From: a virus
Taxonomy: Duplodnaviria; Caudoviricetes
Reading direction: 5' to 3' (one strand)
Length of the DNA stretch: 64,000 bases
IMG/VR virus record: IMGVR_UViG_3300020577_009596
Span: 1-64,000 of that record
In this document: positions 37,438 through 47,128 of the stretch, one piece after another
Layout: each line of letters starts with the position of its first letter
Position numbering within the stretch: the first letter of the stretch is position 1
Notes under the pieces: generated by a model
Seen by the model: the letters and a program-made list of their open reading frames with translations, nothing else
What the model was told of the DNA's origin: nothing
Databases searched by the model: none
Made by a program: the position numbers and the translations under genes

Positions 37438-38304
37438 CTAGTAGTTCGTCCACACGCATTCCGTCATGATCCGCTTCTTCTTCCCGCCCGCCGCGTGGTT
37501 GTGGATGGCCTTCTCGTGACGCCTCCAACCGAACCGCGCGGCGTAGGAGTCGTAAAGATCGCTGCGATAGCCGCTGAGAAGGAATCGTCCTTGGAGCGAG
37601 CCTCCGGATTCCCGCGACGACACAAGTGCATTGAGCAGAGCTGCGTGCTCACCTTCCGTCATCTCGTGCTCGTATTCGCCCGTGGTCGGGTCGAGGTAGA
37701 ACAGCGTTCGCGGGCCGTCCTGCGAGCGGATCACTTCAAGAGCCGGTCGGTTCAGGATCAGGACCCTCCTCATCCGGGCGTGAACCTCAGGCAGTCCCTC
37801 GACGCAGCTCAGCCACGCGGACACCTCGGCGTTCATCCCGCGGCGAACTCGCGTCTTCGTGACCGCGGTGAACTCCTTCATCCTCCCGGCGTAGGACTGA
37901 CGGCACCGGACGAAGAATGTGGCCGCTCTGTGAACCGTCTCCCCGTAGCCGTCCGCTCGAAGTATCGAATTGACGGTCGCCTCGTCGTACTCGGCTTGGC
38001 TGAACGGTATCGCGTCGACCAGTCTCTTGAACTGGTTGAACCCCTCGGTAGACTGGAGAGTTCTCCAGAAGTCAGTCAGCCCGCCGTTCAAGTCGTTGGC
38101 GACCTCGCTGATCCCCTCCGGGTCGTTCTGGAGGAGGACGCTGCCACCGCCGAAGTACGGTTCGACGTAGTGGAGGTATCCGTCCGAGTCGCCCCGCGGA
38201 GGCATCAGCGAGATGATCCACTCGGTGAGGTAGTGTTTGCCGCCATGCCACTTGAGCGGCGGCGAGACGGGTCGGTACGGAGCCTTCTTGACGAACGGCG
38301 GCAT
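37438..38304 (-). CDS. DNA adenine methyltransferase (Dam/D12 type) with damaged DPPY motif
   Basis: LKWHGGK, YVEPYFGGGSV, EVANDL; motif IV reads FYLDPTTGEY. Confidence 0.8.
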   Translation of the reverse strand: MPPFVKKAPYRPVSPPLKWHGGKHYLTEWIISLMPPRGDSDGYLHYVEPYFGGGSVLLQNDPEGISEVANDLNGGLTDFWRTLQSTEGFNQFKRLVDAIPFSQAEYDEATVNSILRADGYGETVHRAATFFVRCRQSYAGRMKEFTAVTKTRVRRGMNAEVSAWLSCVEGLPEVHARMRRVLILNRPALEVIRSQDGPRTLFYLDPTTGEYEHEMTEGEHAALLNALVSSRESGGSLQGRFLLSGYRSDLYDSYAARFGWRRHEKAIHNHAAGGKKKRIMTECVWTNY

Positions 38305-38885
38305 CACTCCCCCTTGACCTGCTCTTCCAGCTTGGCTCCGCACGCACAGGTCGGGACCCCGACCTCGCTCACCCACTTGCGGCTCGTCGAGCAGCGGAAC
38401 CCGCAGTCGCAGACAAGCGTGACTCCGGTCGGCTGCCGCTTGGCCTCGACCGTCTTGAGCTGCATGACCTCGTGCGGGTACTTCCCGAGCCTCCCGACGA
38501 TCCGCTTGAGGGACTCCTCGAGCCGCTCTCCGGGCATCACCGAGGTCGGCTTGCCCCGCGTCAGCCCGACGTGACGACAGACCTTGACGAAGCCCCGGCC
38601 GTGAGCCGCCTCGACCCCGGCCGCGACGTGGGCCAGCTCGTGACAGACGACCCCGGCGACCTGGATCGGGTCGGCGATGAGGGGCGTGATGAAGATCTCG
38701 TTGAGTCCGGCCGTCGAGGACTCGAGGGCGTGGCACTCACCGAGCACCTGACGCTTGCCCGGACGACCGCGGCTGATCGGCCACCCGACCGTCAGGCGGA
38801 ACGGCTTGAGGGCGAACCCCTTGAATAGGGGCGTCACCTCGGTCGACAGGTCGGTCAGCCACTGCTCGCGGTTCATCGTCGCCAC
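38304..38885 (-). CDS. SprT-like zinc metalloprotease
   Basis: NREQWL, VCHELAH, HGRGF, CDCG...CACG. Confidence 0.8.
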   Translation of the reverse strand: MATMNREQWLTDLSTEVTPLFKGFALKPFRLTVGWPISRGRPGKRQVLGECHALESSTAGLNEIFITPLIADPIQVAGVVCHELAHVAAGVEAAHGRGFVKVCRHVGLTRGKPTSVMPGERLEESLKRIVGRLGKYPHEVMQLKTVEAKRQPTGVTLVCDCGFRCSTSRKWVSEVGVPTCACGAKLEEQVKGE

Positions 38886-39256
38886 GTCAATCCCTCCCTC
38901 CTCGCCTTCCTGCCCAGCGGCTTCTCGTCCCCCGGCGTATACACCCGTCCGAGGAGGACCCAGTTCGGGTCAGTCTCCATGCTCTTCAGATCGCTCCACC
39001 CGCCGTCCTCGAACGTGACCCGGTCCTCACGACGGTTGACCGACTTGACTACGTCGACCGCGGCGTAGCCTCTGTGCGCCTTCCTCCCGGTCCTCTTGTC
39101 AGCTCGGCGAGGAGGCTGCCAGTTCGCGACATACATCCACGTGTCGCCGACGCAGACCCTCGCTCGGAGATTGAGAAGGGTCTGAGCGACTCGCAGGTCG
39201 TTCACGACCCTCTCGTGAGCGTCGACCAGCTCTTTGACAGCCTTTACTAGGTTCAT
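38873..39256 (-). CDS. Hypothetical protein
   Basis: ORF downstream of GTTATACT motif. Confidence 0.55.
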   Translation of the reverse strand: MNLVKAVKELVDAHERVVNDLRVAQTLLNLRARVCVGDTWMYVANWQPPRRADKRTGRKAHRGYAAVDVVKSVNRREDRVTFEDGGWSDLKSMETDPNWVLLGRVYTPGDEKPLGRKARREGLTWRR

Positions 39257-39270
39257 GGGTTCTAGTATAA

Positions 39271-39534
39271 CTACTTGGCCTCCTCGTCCGGAGTCGCGTC
39301 GAACCGCTCCTTGGACGCCTCGACGTACCGGCCCCGCTCGTCGTCCCAGACGTAGTAGGTCGTCGGGACCGCGTACTTGCGGAGCCACGTCGCCGGTCGC
39401 TTCTTGTCGTACAGACGGTACTCGACCCTGACGTCGGGCCTCGGCTCCTGCCGGGGCTTGCCGAGGAGGATCGAGACGACCATGATCAGGGCCACAAACC
39501 CCGCGGCCGTCAGCACCTTACCGATCTCAGTCAT
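39271..39534 (-). CDS. Small membrane protein
   Basis: N-terminal TM helix, GGAGG RBS. Confidence 0.55.
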   Translation of the reverse strand: MTEIGKVLTAAGFVALIMVVSILLGKPRQEPRPDVRVEYRLYDKKRPATWLRKYAVPTTYYVWDDERGRYVEASKERFDATPDEEAK

Positions 39535-39728
39535 GACTCGTCGACCTCCTCAACAGTACTCCTCGACCTCCATACCTCGCTTGATCAAGATCTAACTGAT
39601 CTCGCGAATAGCGTCACATGCGTGACAGTCGCAACGCTTGGCCTCGTCCCATCCCCGCCACTTCAAAGCCTTGATGAGGCGGTGGTCGATCTTCTTACGG
39701 TCCTCAGGGGTCAGTCTCTCGTCGTCGA

Positions 39729-41984
39729 TCATGACTTGTCGACCTCCTCCAGGAGGCGGCGGACCCGGTCGGTGAGCACCCACCTCGGCCGCTCGCCCAG
39801 CCCGCTCGCGGTCGTGCTCGGCTCGGTCACGTCCGCCGCCCCGATCTTCTTGAGAAACCGGAGCAGGTCCCGGCAGCGGCCGTCCGAGCTGACCGACGGG
39901 GTCACGGCGGTGAGATACTTGACCTGCTTGCCGAGGAGCCCCGACGGGTCCTCCTTGCTCTTTCGAATGAGGCTCCGGGCGAGGTCGAGCGTGACCCCCG
40001 CCGCGGTGTCGAGGGCGACCTTGCGGACCCGCCGCATCACCTCCTCGTCGACCTCCGTCTTGTTGAGGACGACCGCGAGGCAGTGGGCGAGGCGGGTGAT
40101 CTGGATCGCGAGGCGGGCCGGCATCTCGCGGTTGGCGACCTCCTCCTGCAGCGCACTGGGCCGGGCACGCATGAACGAGACGAGCCGGGCGAGCTGCCCG
40201 CACCTGCGGAGCCGGTCCTCGGGGAACGTCACCCGCGAGGCGAGATCCTTGGCGTTGGTCCGCAGGTAGCCGACGTACCCGCCCGTCAGCTGCATCATCT
40301 CGACCATGTCCGGGTCGTGCTGGCTCTCCAGCGTCCCGTCGGCCTCGAAGGACATGTTGCGGTGGGCGCGGTTGACGACCCGCCAGACGATCTCGTCCTC
40401 GAGGTCCTCGTCGATCCCCGACATGATCGTGCACTTGAGGAACCGCTCGCCCAGCTCGGACTGGTCCATCTGCCGGAGGGAGTCGGTCCCGCACAGGATC
40501 CACACCATCCGGATGCCGGTGTAGTCCCGGCTCGTCATGTTCCGGGCGGAGGTGCGGCTGGAGCCGTCGTAGATGTCGCGGGCCTGGCTGAGGATCCGGC
40601 CGAGGTCGTCGGCCTTGAGGAGCGTGTCGCCGTCCTTGGTGACCAACGCCATGTCGTACAGCTTCTTGACGAGCGAGTGGTCCTCGGTCCCGTCGGCGTC
40701 GGTCTGGTAGTTGCTGTGGAACCCCTTGAACGTGCTCACCGCCTTGACGAACTTGCGGTTGATCGAGAGGGCCTCGCACAGCACAGTCTTTCCTGTCGAC
40801 GGCGGCGAGATGATCATGGGCCAGATCGGGTCGCCGAGCAGCTTGGTCGACGCGATCGAGGCCAGCATGACGGAGAACGCCACGTCGAGCCCGTCCGTCC
40901 ACCGCATCGCCTTCCGGCAGGCCGTCACGAGGCTCCTCCAGTTGTCGCACGGCTTGCAGTGGATCTCGACGTCGCCCTCCGCCGCGGGGGTCTCGCCGTC
41001 CGGGAGCCGCTCGCCAGGAACGAACGCGGACGGAACCGGCTTGACCCGCTCGAGCAGGCCGCCGAGGATCCGTACCCGGTCGGCCGCGTCGGTCCCGTCC
41101 CGCAGGGCGTCCCGGAGGTCGTAGCCGGAGGGCACGTCGGGGTCGAACCCGAGGTCGCCCCAGCGGAGGTAGCGGACCTCCCGTGGGCACTCGTCCGCGG
41201 CCCCGAGGATGCCGACCGCCCGCTTCATCGCCGCGAACCCGGACGGCTCGATCGTCCGCCCCTCGTGCTCGCGGGGGTGGTCCGAGTCGAACATCAGGCT
41301 CACCCGCTTGCCGCCGAGGAGCGGAGCCCACCGCTTCAAGGGCTCGCCCACCGACCCGCAGCCGGGGATCGCCATCACGTTCACCTGCCGGGCCAGCGTC
41401 GACCCGCTCGTCGTGTACGCGAGGCCGTCCGAGTCCCTCCGGGCGTTGCCCATCGCCTCCTGCAGGGCCATCCCGTCCCACGGCCCCTCGACGACCCAGA
41501 CCTCCTGCCGCTTGGCGTCCCACGCCGACCGGTGGAAGCCGTGGCCGAGGGTCGGGGTCGGGTAGAGCGTGCCCTTGCCGGTGACCCGGTCGCGGACGTA
41601 CTTGTAGAGCTGGACCAGCTTCCCCTCGGCGTTGTAGCCTGGGAGCAGCGGGGTTTGGGTCCGGTCGAACCGCACGCCCCACTCGCGGAGCGTCTCCCAC
41701 CGCAGCAGCCCGCGGCCCTCGGCGAGCGTCCGGTACAGGGACTCGTCCTGGCTCGCCCCCTCCCACACGGCGCGGACGAACGTGGTCGCGTTCCCGGCTC
41801 CCTTCTCATTTCCCGTCCCGCAGACGAAGCACTTGAATATCCCGGTCTTGACCTCGACCCGGAGCTTCTTGGCCTTCCCGCAGAACGGGCACTCGCCGGT
41901 CGCCCACTCCGCGTCCCCTTCGTGCTCGAGTCGGACTCCGTGGAACGTGTAGGGCTTGAGCATCTTGGGCACTTCCGTCGTCAT
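39729..41984 (-). CDS. Primase-helicase (Zn finger + TOPRIM + P-loop ATPase)
   Basis: CPFC..CFVC, VVEGPWD, MFDSD, GYDLRD, SPPSTGKT. Confidence 0.85.
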   Translation of the reverse strand: MTTEVPKMLKPYTFHGVRLEHEGDAEWATGECPFCGKAKKLRVEVKTGIFKCFVCGTGNEKGAGNATTFVRAVWEGASQDESLYRTLAEGRGLLRWETLREWGVRFDRTQTPLLPGYNAEGKLVQLYKYVRDRVTGKGTLYPTPTLGHGFHRSAWDAKRQEVWVVEGPWDGMALQEAMGNARRDSDGLAYTTSGSTLARQVNVMAIPGCGSVGEPLKRWAPLLGGKRVSLMFDSDHPREHEGRTIEPSGFAAMKRAVGILGAADECPREVRYLRWGDLGFDPDVPSGYDLRDALRDGTDAADRVRILGGLLERVKPVPSAFVPGERLPDGETPAAEGDVEIHCKPCDNWRSLVTACRKAMRWTDGLDVAFSVMLASIASTKLLGDPIWPMIISPPSTGKTVLCEALSINRKFVKAVSTFKGFHSNYQTDADGTEDHSLVKKLYDMALVTKDGDTLLKADDLGRILSQARDIYDGSSRTSARNMTSRDYTGIRMVWILCGTDSLRQMDQSELGERFLKCTIMSGIDEDLEDEIVWRVVNRAHRNMSFEADGTLESQHDPDMVEMMQLTGGYVGYLRTNAKDLASRVTFPEDRLRRCGQLARLVSFMRARPSALQEEVANREMPARLAIQITRLAHCLAVVLNKTEVDEEVMRRVRKVALDTAAGVTLDLARSLIRKSKEDPSGLLGKQVKYLTAVTPSVSSDGRCRDLLRFLKKIGAADVTEPSTTASGLGERPRWVLTDRVRRLLEEVDKS

Positions 41985-42011
41985 CAGCTAGCCTTTCGCG
42001 TAGTGAGTTCG

Positions 42012-44549
42012 TCACGCCGTAGCAGTCGCTATTCTCAAGAGGTCCGTCAGTGAATCACGAACTCGGTCCGCTGTCCAAGCTACCTCTGCCAGCCGCCGAC
42101 GTTGGGCAGATGCGAGTGAACGTAGACCGATCTCACCCAGTCGTTCTACCGCCGACCGGTCGCTCGCCTTGAGATATGGGTCACCGAGGCAGGCAGCCTC
42201 AGCCGGGTCCGCATTCAGTACACAGCCCGCGTCTGCAGCCATCAAGTACCGTACTCGCCACCATCCGCTCCCGGCGTGAGGGTGCGCCGGGCTGATCACC
42301 CCCCACGCTCGTTCGTAGACGGTGAACAGTTCTGACTCTGGGAGCCGAGGCTGCGCGTTCTCACCGGCAGGGCCGATACCGCCCTCGCTGTGGTCTGAGT
42401 TGCCGTAACCTTCGACCGGCCACGTCGACGCAGTGAGCGGCTTACGGAGTAACGACGCCTGTACCCATCGCTTCTCCTTACTGCCCGCGTAAGTCCTGTC
42501 GTACCTCAACGCGAATGGCGTCGGATCTACGCTGACGACGACGTCCGACGGGATCCCGAGGAGTGAGACATCACCGTCACCGAGGACCGGGACCAGTACC
42601 GATCTCTGCCATCTCTCGGTCATACTGATGACGGTCTCGTGAACGATCGTCTTCGTTCTCTGATCGATGTCAGATCCGCGTAGTCTGAACAGTCTCTCCG
42701 CTGACCTGGCGCACGTCTGTAGTCCTGATATCAATTCGCCGACTTGCCAGTCGTCGATAGCGACTACTGCGTCGGATCGTTGCGACAACGCCCACGCCGC
42801 GCCGTGAAAGTAGTTCGACGTGATCGAGTTCGGCTTGTTAAGACACGCGACGACAGCGTCATAGGCTGACAGGTCTTCTCCGGGCGTCACGGCTCGCCAG
42901 TCCACCGCATAGCCCATCGACTCGAACGCGGCGGCCCAGCAAGACGCTGCGGTGACGATCTTGAGCTGAGTCTTCTTCGATCCGACTTGCATCGGCGTCG
43001 AGCCGGTCAGTAGCAGGGTCGGCTTCCCGTAACCGTCGAACCGCCTTATCGTTGCGGTCCCCAGCGTCTCGCGCGGTTGGGGCGTCCTCGTCACGACTTT
43101 CTTCGGCCACGGCGGGACGTCGGCCGTCCCGGCCTCTACGAGTTTCTTGTAGTTGTAGTAGACGTCGTTTACGCGAGTGGTACGACCTTCCCAGTTTGCG
43201 TGGACTAGTTCTACCAGTCGCTCGGGCGAGTACTGACCAGTCATCCATAGACGTCGGATGAACTCGCCAGACCCTTCGCGGATCTTCGGGCGCTCCGGGT
43301 CGCCGTCGTCCCGAACCGTAGGAGACGAGACGATCGGCTCAGGGTCCGACCGCCGCGAGGTCTTCGTGGGCCGTCGACTATCTCGCTGAGCGACCGCGAT
43401 GGACGTCTCGAGGCAACTATCCAGAGTCGACGAAGAATCGGAGTCGGCGTAGCTGGCCGTCAGGTCGATCGCGTCCAGTCCAGGGCGTCTCAGATCGACT
43501 ACCGTGACGGTCTGGCCATAGTCTACTGAGGACGCTGCCATCGCGGCCCGTACGGACGTCGCGAGCCACTCACCGACGTTTGGCATGACCGCCCGCGCGA
43601 GTAGTGACGCGTGACCTCCCGGCGACCCTTCGAGCCAGAAGTCTTGAGGGTATCCGCACAAGGCTCGCATCTCACGCGTCCCTACGAACCTGTCCTGTTC
43701 AGGGTGCGCGTAGAAGTTACCGATGAACGCTCCCATCGTCTCGTCGTGACGGAGCCGTCGGCAGTTGAAACTCGGACGGCCCGACACCTTTCCTTGGGCA
43801 TTCCGCGTCGGGTTCTCGACCGTCCTGTCAAACACGTCAGAGAGACGTTCGCCGGGTCGGCACTGAGGTATCCACTGAGACGGGTTCGCCCTACCTTTGG
43901 ACGACTTCCCGCACTCGTACTCGCCTGGATCGTCTCCGACTGACGCGAGGACCTCGCCTACCGACGGCGGGTCTGCGAAGTCGAAGTCGAATCGTAAGTC
44001 CAGTTCTGGGCGATAAGCCACGAAGAAGAATCGTTTACGGGACTGAGGGAGCCCAGTCCACTTGGCGTCGATCAGTAAGTGAACGACCGAGTAGCCGTTC
44101 GCGGTAGCTTTCAGGGTGAAGGCGTCGACGACTTCCCTCCCTTTGGTGTAAGCCTGGCATACCGACTCGAGAGCAAACACCTTCGGCCGAACGACATCGA
44201 ACACTCGGAACGCCCGATACCAGCAACCGAGACGCGGGTCTTCCCTCCACGCTTCCGGCCCCCGCGTCGTACTGATCCCCGCGCTACTAAAGATGGCACA
44301 CGGCGGGTTCGACACGAGCAAGTCGGTCCGTCCCGCAAACTCCTCGGGAGACCAGTTCTCGCTTCCCACCCTGACGTCGAGGTCGGGCCAATTCGCCTTG
44401 GCCGTCGCGACCCCATAGTCGGTGTCCTCGAGATGAGCGAGGACGTCGAACCCCGCCGCCTTGACCCCGACGGTGAACCCCCCGGCGAAGATGTGAACTC
44501 CCAAGGCGGTGGGGCGTCTCTCCACAGACTTCTTCACGAACGGCGGCAT
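42012..44549 (-). CDS. C5-cytosine DNA methyltransferase fused to a BGT-like GT-B glycosyltransferase
   Basis: FAGGF, SNPPC, ESV, QSRKRFF, GYPQDF, AVMP; C-terminal LLLTG...AIDDWQ...GWWRVRYLMAADAG. Confidence 0.75.
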   Translation of the reverse strand: MPPFVKKSVERRPTALGVHIFAGGFTVGVKAAGFDVLAHLEDTDYGVATAKANWPDLDVRVGSENWSPEEFAGRTDLLVSNPPCAIFSSAGISTTRGPEAWREDPRLGCWYRAFRVFDVVRPKVFALESVCQAYTKGREVVDAFTLKATANGYSVVHLLIDAKWTGLPQSRKRFFFVAYRPELDLRFDFDFADPPSVGEVLASVGDDPGEYECGKSSKGRANPSQWIPQCRPGERLSDVFDRTVENPTRNAQGKVSGRPSFNCRRLRHDETMGAFIGNFYAHPEQDRFVGTREMRALCGYPQDFWLEGSPGGHASLLARAVMPNVGEWLATSVRAAMAASSVDYGQTVTVVDLRRPGLDAIDLTASYADSDSSSTLDSCLETSIAVAQRDSRRPTKTSRRSDPEPIVSSPTVRDDGDPERPKIREGSGEFIRRLWMTGQYSPERLVELVHANWEGRTTRVNDVYYNYKKLVEAGTADVPPWPKKVVTRTPQPRETLGTATIRRFDGYGKPTLLLTGSTPMQVGSKKTQLKIVTAASCWAAAFESMGYAVDWRAVTPGEDLSAYDAVVACLNKPNSITSNYFHGAAWALSQRSDAVVAIDDWQVGELISGLQTCARSAERLFRLRGSDIDQRTKTIVHETVISMTERWQRSVLVPVLGDGDVSLLGIPSDVVVSVDPTPFALRYDRTYAGSKEKRWVQASLLRKPLTASTWPVEGYGNSDHSEGGIGPAGENAQPRLPESELFTVYERAWGVISPAHPHAGSGWWRVRYLMAADAGCVLNADPAEAACLGDPYLKASDRSAVERLGEIGLRSLASAQRRRLAEVAWTADRVRDSLTDLLRIATATA

Positions 44550-45028
44550 GCGGTCCCTCCCAGGACTGTCTCGGACAAGAGGTCTCTCAGAGCGGCGACC
44601 CGACGCGGGTCGTTCCACCAGCGGTTCAGGCCTGACGGGTGGGGCACCGGGACTACCGGGCGGCCCAGAGCCGGGGCGTGGACGGTCCGACCGTAGACCT
44701 CGGCGAGGGGGTTCCCCCTCCGCACCGCGCTCACGGCCGCGAGGGCGAGCCCTCCCGCGACGTACACGACCGGCCTCTCGGCGACGACGTCGACCAGTCT
44801 CGTCGCGACGCGAGCCGCGAGGTCCGCGTCCCACGGGTCGCCCTGAGACCCCGGCGGGTGGACGTTCAGACGGTCGCAGGCGTCGAGACTGAGGCCGATC
44901 CTGGCCAGCTTGACGCCGTCGGCCTCGTCGAACGCTCCGTCCCCGACGCACGCGGTCGCCCACTCGAGGGCGTCCCACTCCCTCGCCGACGGGCGGTTCC
45001 GCCTCTCGCCGATCAGGAGCGGTCTCAC
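44534..45028 (-). CDS. Uracil-DNA-glycosylase-superfamily protein
   Basis: LLIGE, RLNV, VPHPSGLNRWWN. Confidence 0.7.
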   Translation of the reverse strand: MRPLLIGERRNRPSAREWDALEWATACVGDGAFDEADGVKLARIGLSLDACDRLNVHPPGSQGDPWDADLAARVATRLVDVVAERPVVYVAGGLALAAVSAVRRGNPLAEVYGRTVHAPALGRPVVPVPHPSGLNRWWNDPRRVAALRDLLSETVLGGTACRRS

Positions 45029-45489
45029 AGCCTCTCCCTCCAGCTCGCGACGACGACTCCGGCCCGCCTCAGCACGTCGAGGCCCTCGGGCAGCCGGTAC
45101 TCGTCCCGGTACAGGACGGCGGCGACCGACCCGCTGTTGACGATCGCCCCCGCACACTGCTCGCAGGGCGACGCGGTGACGATCAGGACGAGGTCGGTCC
45201 CCGGCAGTCGCGGCTTGCTCAGCGCGGACGCCTCGCCGTGGCAGCACCCGCATAGCCCCGGCGAGTCGCGACGGCAGCCGTCGTTCGGCAGACCGGCGGG
45301 GGGGCCGTTGTACCCCACCGCGGCGACCGACGACAGGTCCGAGGTCACGGCCACGCAGCCGACCTGAAGTCGCCTGCAGGTCGACAGGGCCGCGAGGCTC
45401 TCGGCCAGCCCGGCGAACGCCCGCAGCTTGGCCCTCAGCCGGTCGTCTCCGGGAGTCCTCCCCGACAGGTAGTCGAGCGTCCTGCTCAC
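45025..45489 (-). CDS. dCMP deaminase-like
   Basis: STC.RLQVGC..GYNG..HGEASA..SPCEQCA. Confidence 0.85.
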   Translation of the reverse strand: MSRTLDYLSGRTPGDDRLRAKLRAFAGLAESLAALSTCRRLQVGCVAVTSDLSSVAAVGYNGPPAGLPNDGCRRDSPGLCGCCHGEASALSKPRLPGTDLVLIVTASPCEQCAGAIVNSGSVAAVLYRDEYRLPEGLDVLRRAGVVVASWRERL

Positions 45490-45827
45490 GGCGAGCCCTC
45501 CTCGACCTTCACTCCCGACTTGGCGGCGAGGTCCTTGACGAGCGCGTCGCCGAGGATCGCGTAGTTGGCCAGGTCGACGAACCGGCCGTGGATCGACTCG
45601 GAGGACACCTTGCCGTCCTTGCTGTACCGCATGATCGCCGTCACGTGCTTCATCATCAGCACCATCCAGGCCTGGAACGGCGTGCAGCCGCTCGCCTGGG
45701 ACAGCTCGTAGTAGTTCCGCATCGCGTCGTCCGTGCCCGCGCTGTAGTCCGCGTTCTTGGCGGCAGTGACGGCCCGCATCTCCTCGGTGAACGCGAGGAC
45801 GTGGGCGGCGTAGTCCGGGTGGGTCAT
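45486..45827 (-). CDS. Nucleotide-modification-associated alpha-helical protein (DUF1599-like)
   Basis: AKNADYS..RNY...ESI..RFVDLANYA. Confidence 0.65.
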   Translation of the reverse strand: MTHPDYAAHVLAFTEEMRAVTAAKNADYSAGTDDAMRNYYELSQASGCTPFQAWMVLMMKHVTAIMRYSKDGKVSSESIHGRFVDLANYAILGDALVKDLAAKSGVKVEEGSP

Positions 45828-46219
45828 CGCGGGAACACCTCCGAGAGCAGGCCGACGTTGTCGGCGTGAGTGGGGGCGACCCAGCCCTCGGGCTTGACGA
45901 GGTCGGGGTGTCCGAACCGGCTGGGACGCTTGGGGTTCGAGCCCGCCATCTTACTCGAGTTCGCGGCCATGACGCGGGACCAGGCCTCGCCGACGTCGAC
46001 TCCGTAGAGGTCGAGCGTGCCGACCGCCACGACGCACAGGTCAATCAGGGCGTCCACGGCGTCACAGGCCGTCGTCGCGGCCTCGAGCTCCCCCAGCTCC
46101 TCCCTGAGGAACGCGACCCGAAACCGGAGGAAGTCGGCCAGGAGGGCCGGATCCATCCCCGAGACGGTGATCCCGAACCTCTCGTGCATGAGGTGTAAGT
46201 CCTTGTGCCAGCTCGTCAT
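45824..46219 (-). CDS. MazG/PRA-PH-like nucleotide pyrophosphohydrolase
   Basis: FLREELGEL..DALIDLCVV..VMAANSSK..DLVKPEGW. Confidence 0.8.
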   Translation of the reverse strand: MTSWHKDLHLMHERFGITVSGMDPALLADFLRFRVAFLREELGELEAATTACDAVDALIDLCVVAVGTLDLYGVDVGEAWSRVMAANSSKMAGSNPKRPSRFGHPDLVKPEGWVAPTHADNVGLLSEVFPR

Positions 46220-46262
46220 GAGGCCAGACCTCCGTGAACTTCAGAGAAAATTGATCCAGTGC

Positions 46263-46303
46263 GCTGTACTTCAACGAGTCACAGGTTATAGTATTATAAC
46301 CTG
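46263..46303. promoter_or_regulatory. Bidirectional promoter (palindromic -10 boxes)
   Basis: CAGGTTATA-GTAT-TATAACCTG; TGTACT-N16-TATAGT on plus, TATAAT on minus. Confidence 0.7.
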
Positions 46304-46366
46304 AGGCGAACGGGCGACCCGACCGGCCCGCCGCCCCCCACAGACCAGGTCGGCCAGGAGACCGAA

Positions 46367-46867
46367 ATGAGCCAGGAGACCGAGACCGCCCAAGCCACCG
46401 TGACTGACAAGGCCGCAGCCGCCGGGATGACCGTCAAGGACGGAGTGCTCCACGGCAAGAACGGTACCCCGATCGGCAAGGTTGCGACCGAGTCGTCCAA
46501 GAAGACCGACCCGACGCCGAAGACGACCTCGCCCAAGCAGTCGTCGCCCAAGCCAAAGACTTCCAAGAAGACTCCCGCCGTCACGGCGAAAGTCCGTAGC
46601 GTCGGCGACACGGACATGAGCCCGACCCAACGACGCCTCGCGGTGATCAAGGCGATGCGGAAGATCGGCGCGGTGTCCGCGACTACGGCCGCGACCGCAG
46701 ACCTCCTCGCCGAGAAATCCGGTCTCACTCGATTCGACGTCTACGGGCAGTTGTATCACGCGAATCCCCTGCAGAAGAACGGGTTCGTCAAGCAGGTCCA
46801 GGTCGAGGGCGTCCGCGGGCTGTCCTACCACCTGACCGCCAAGGGCCAGAAGTCCGACCCGGAATGA
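46367..46867 (+). CDS. Winged-helix protein with K/T/S-rich N-terminus
   Basis: TADLLAEKSGLTRFDV...LQKNGFV...YHLTAKG. Confidence 0.7.
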   Translation: MSQETETAQATVTDKAAAAGMTVKDGVLHGKNGTPIGKVATESSKKTDPTPKTTSPKQSSPKPKTSKKTPAVTAKVRSVGDTDMSPTQRRLAVIKAMRKIGAVSATTAATADLLAEKSGLTRFDVYGQLYHANPLQKNGFVKQVQVEGVRGLSYHLTAKGQKSDPE

Positions 46868-46927
46868 CCCGACCGGACGCCGACTCACCGACCTCCCTCC
46901 AGGGAGGTCCCTCTCGAGGAAACCGCA

Positions 46928-47128
46928 ATGACGACTCTCACGACCGACCTCGCCGAGGAGTTCTCCGTCTGGAGCGGCGGGCACGAGTTCGACGAGGTCC
47001 CTCCCGACGAGCGGGAGTGGTTCGCCGACGGGCGGTCCGAGGAGGACGTCCGCGCGGTGTTCGCCGACCAGCCCGAGGACGTCCTCGAGGGGCTCGTCCT
47101 ACGGCTGGCGGTTGGCGACGAACAGTGA
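46928..47128 (+). CDS. Small acidic protein
   Basis: GAGG RBS; D/E-rich. Confidence 0.5.
   Translation: MTTLTTDLAEEFSVWSGGHEFDEVPPDEREWFADGRSEEDVRAVFADQPEDVLEGLVLRLAVGDEQ

Noticed and set aside
44550-44978. Long N-terminal extensions in the ORF track (also 28244..30364, 37438..38736, 45025..46044, 58515..59681, 18862..20082)
   Set aside because: They overlap real upstream genes in another frame; internal starts with RBS or coupling fit better.
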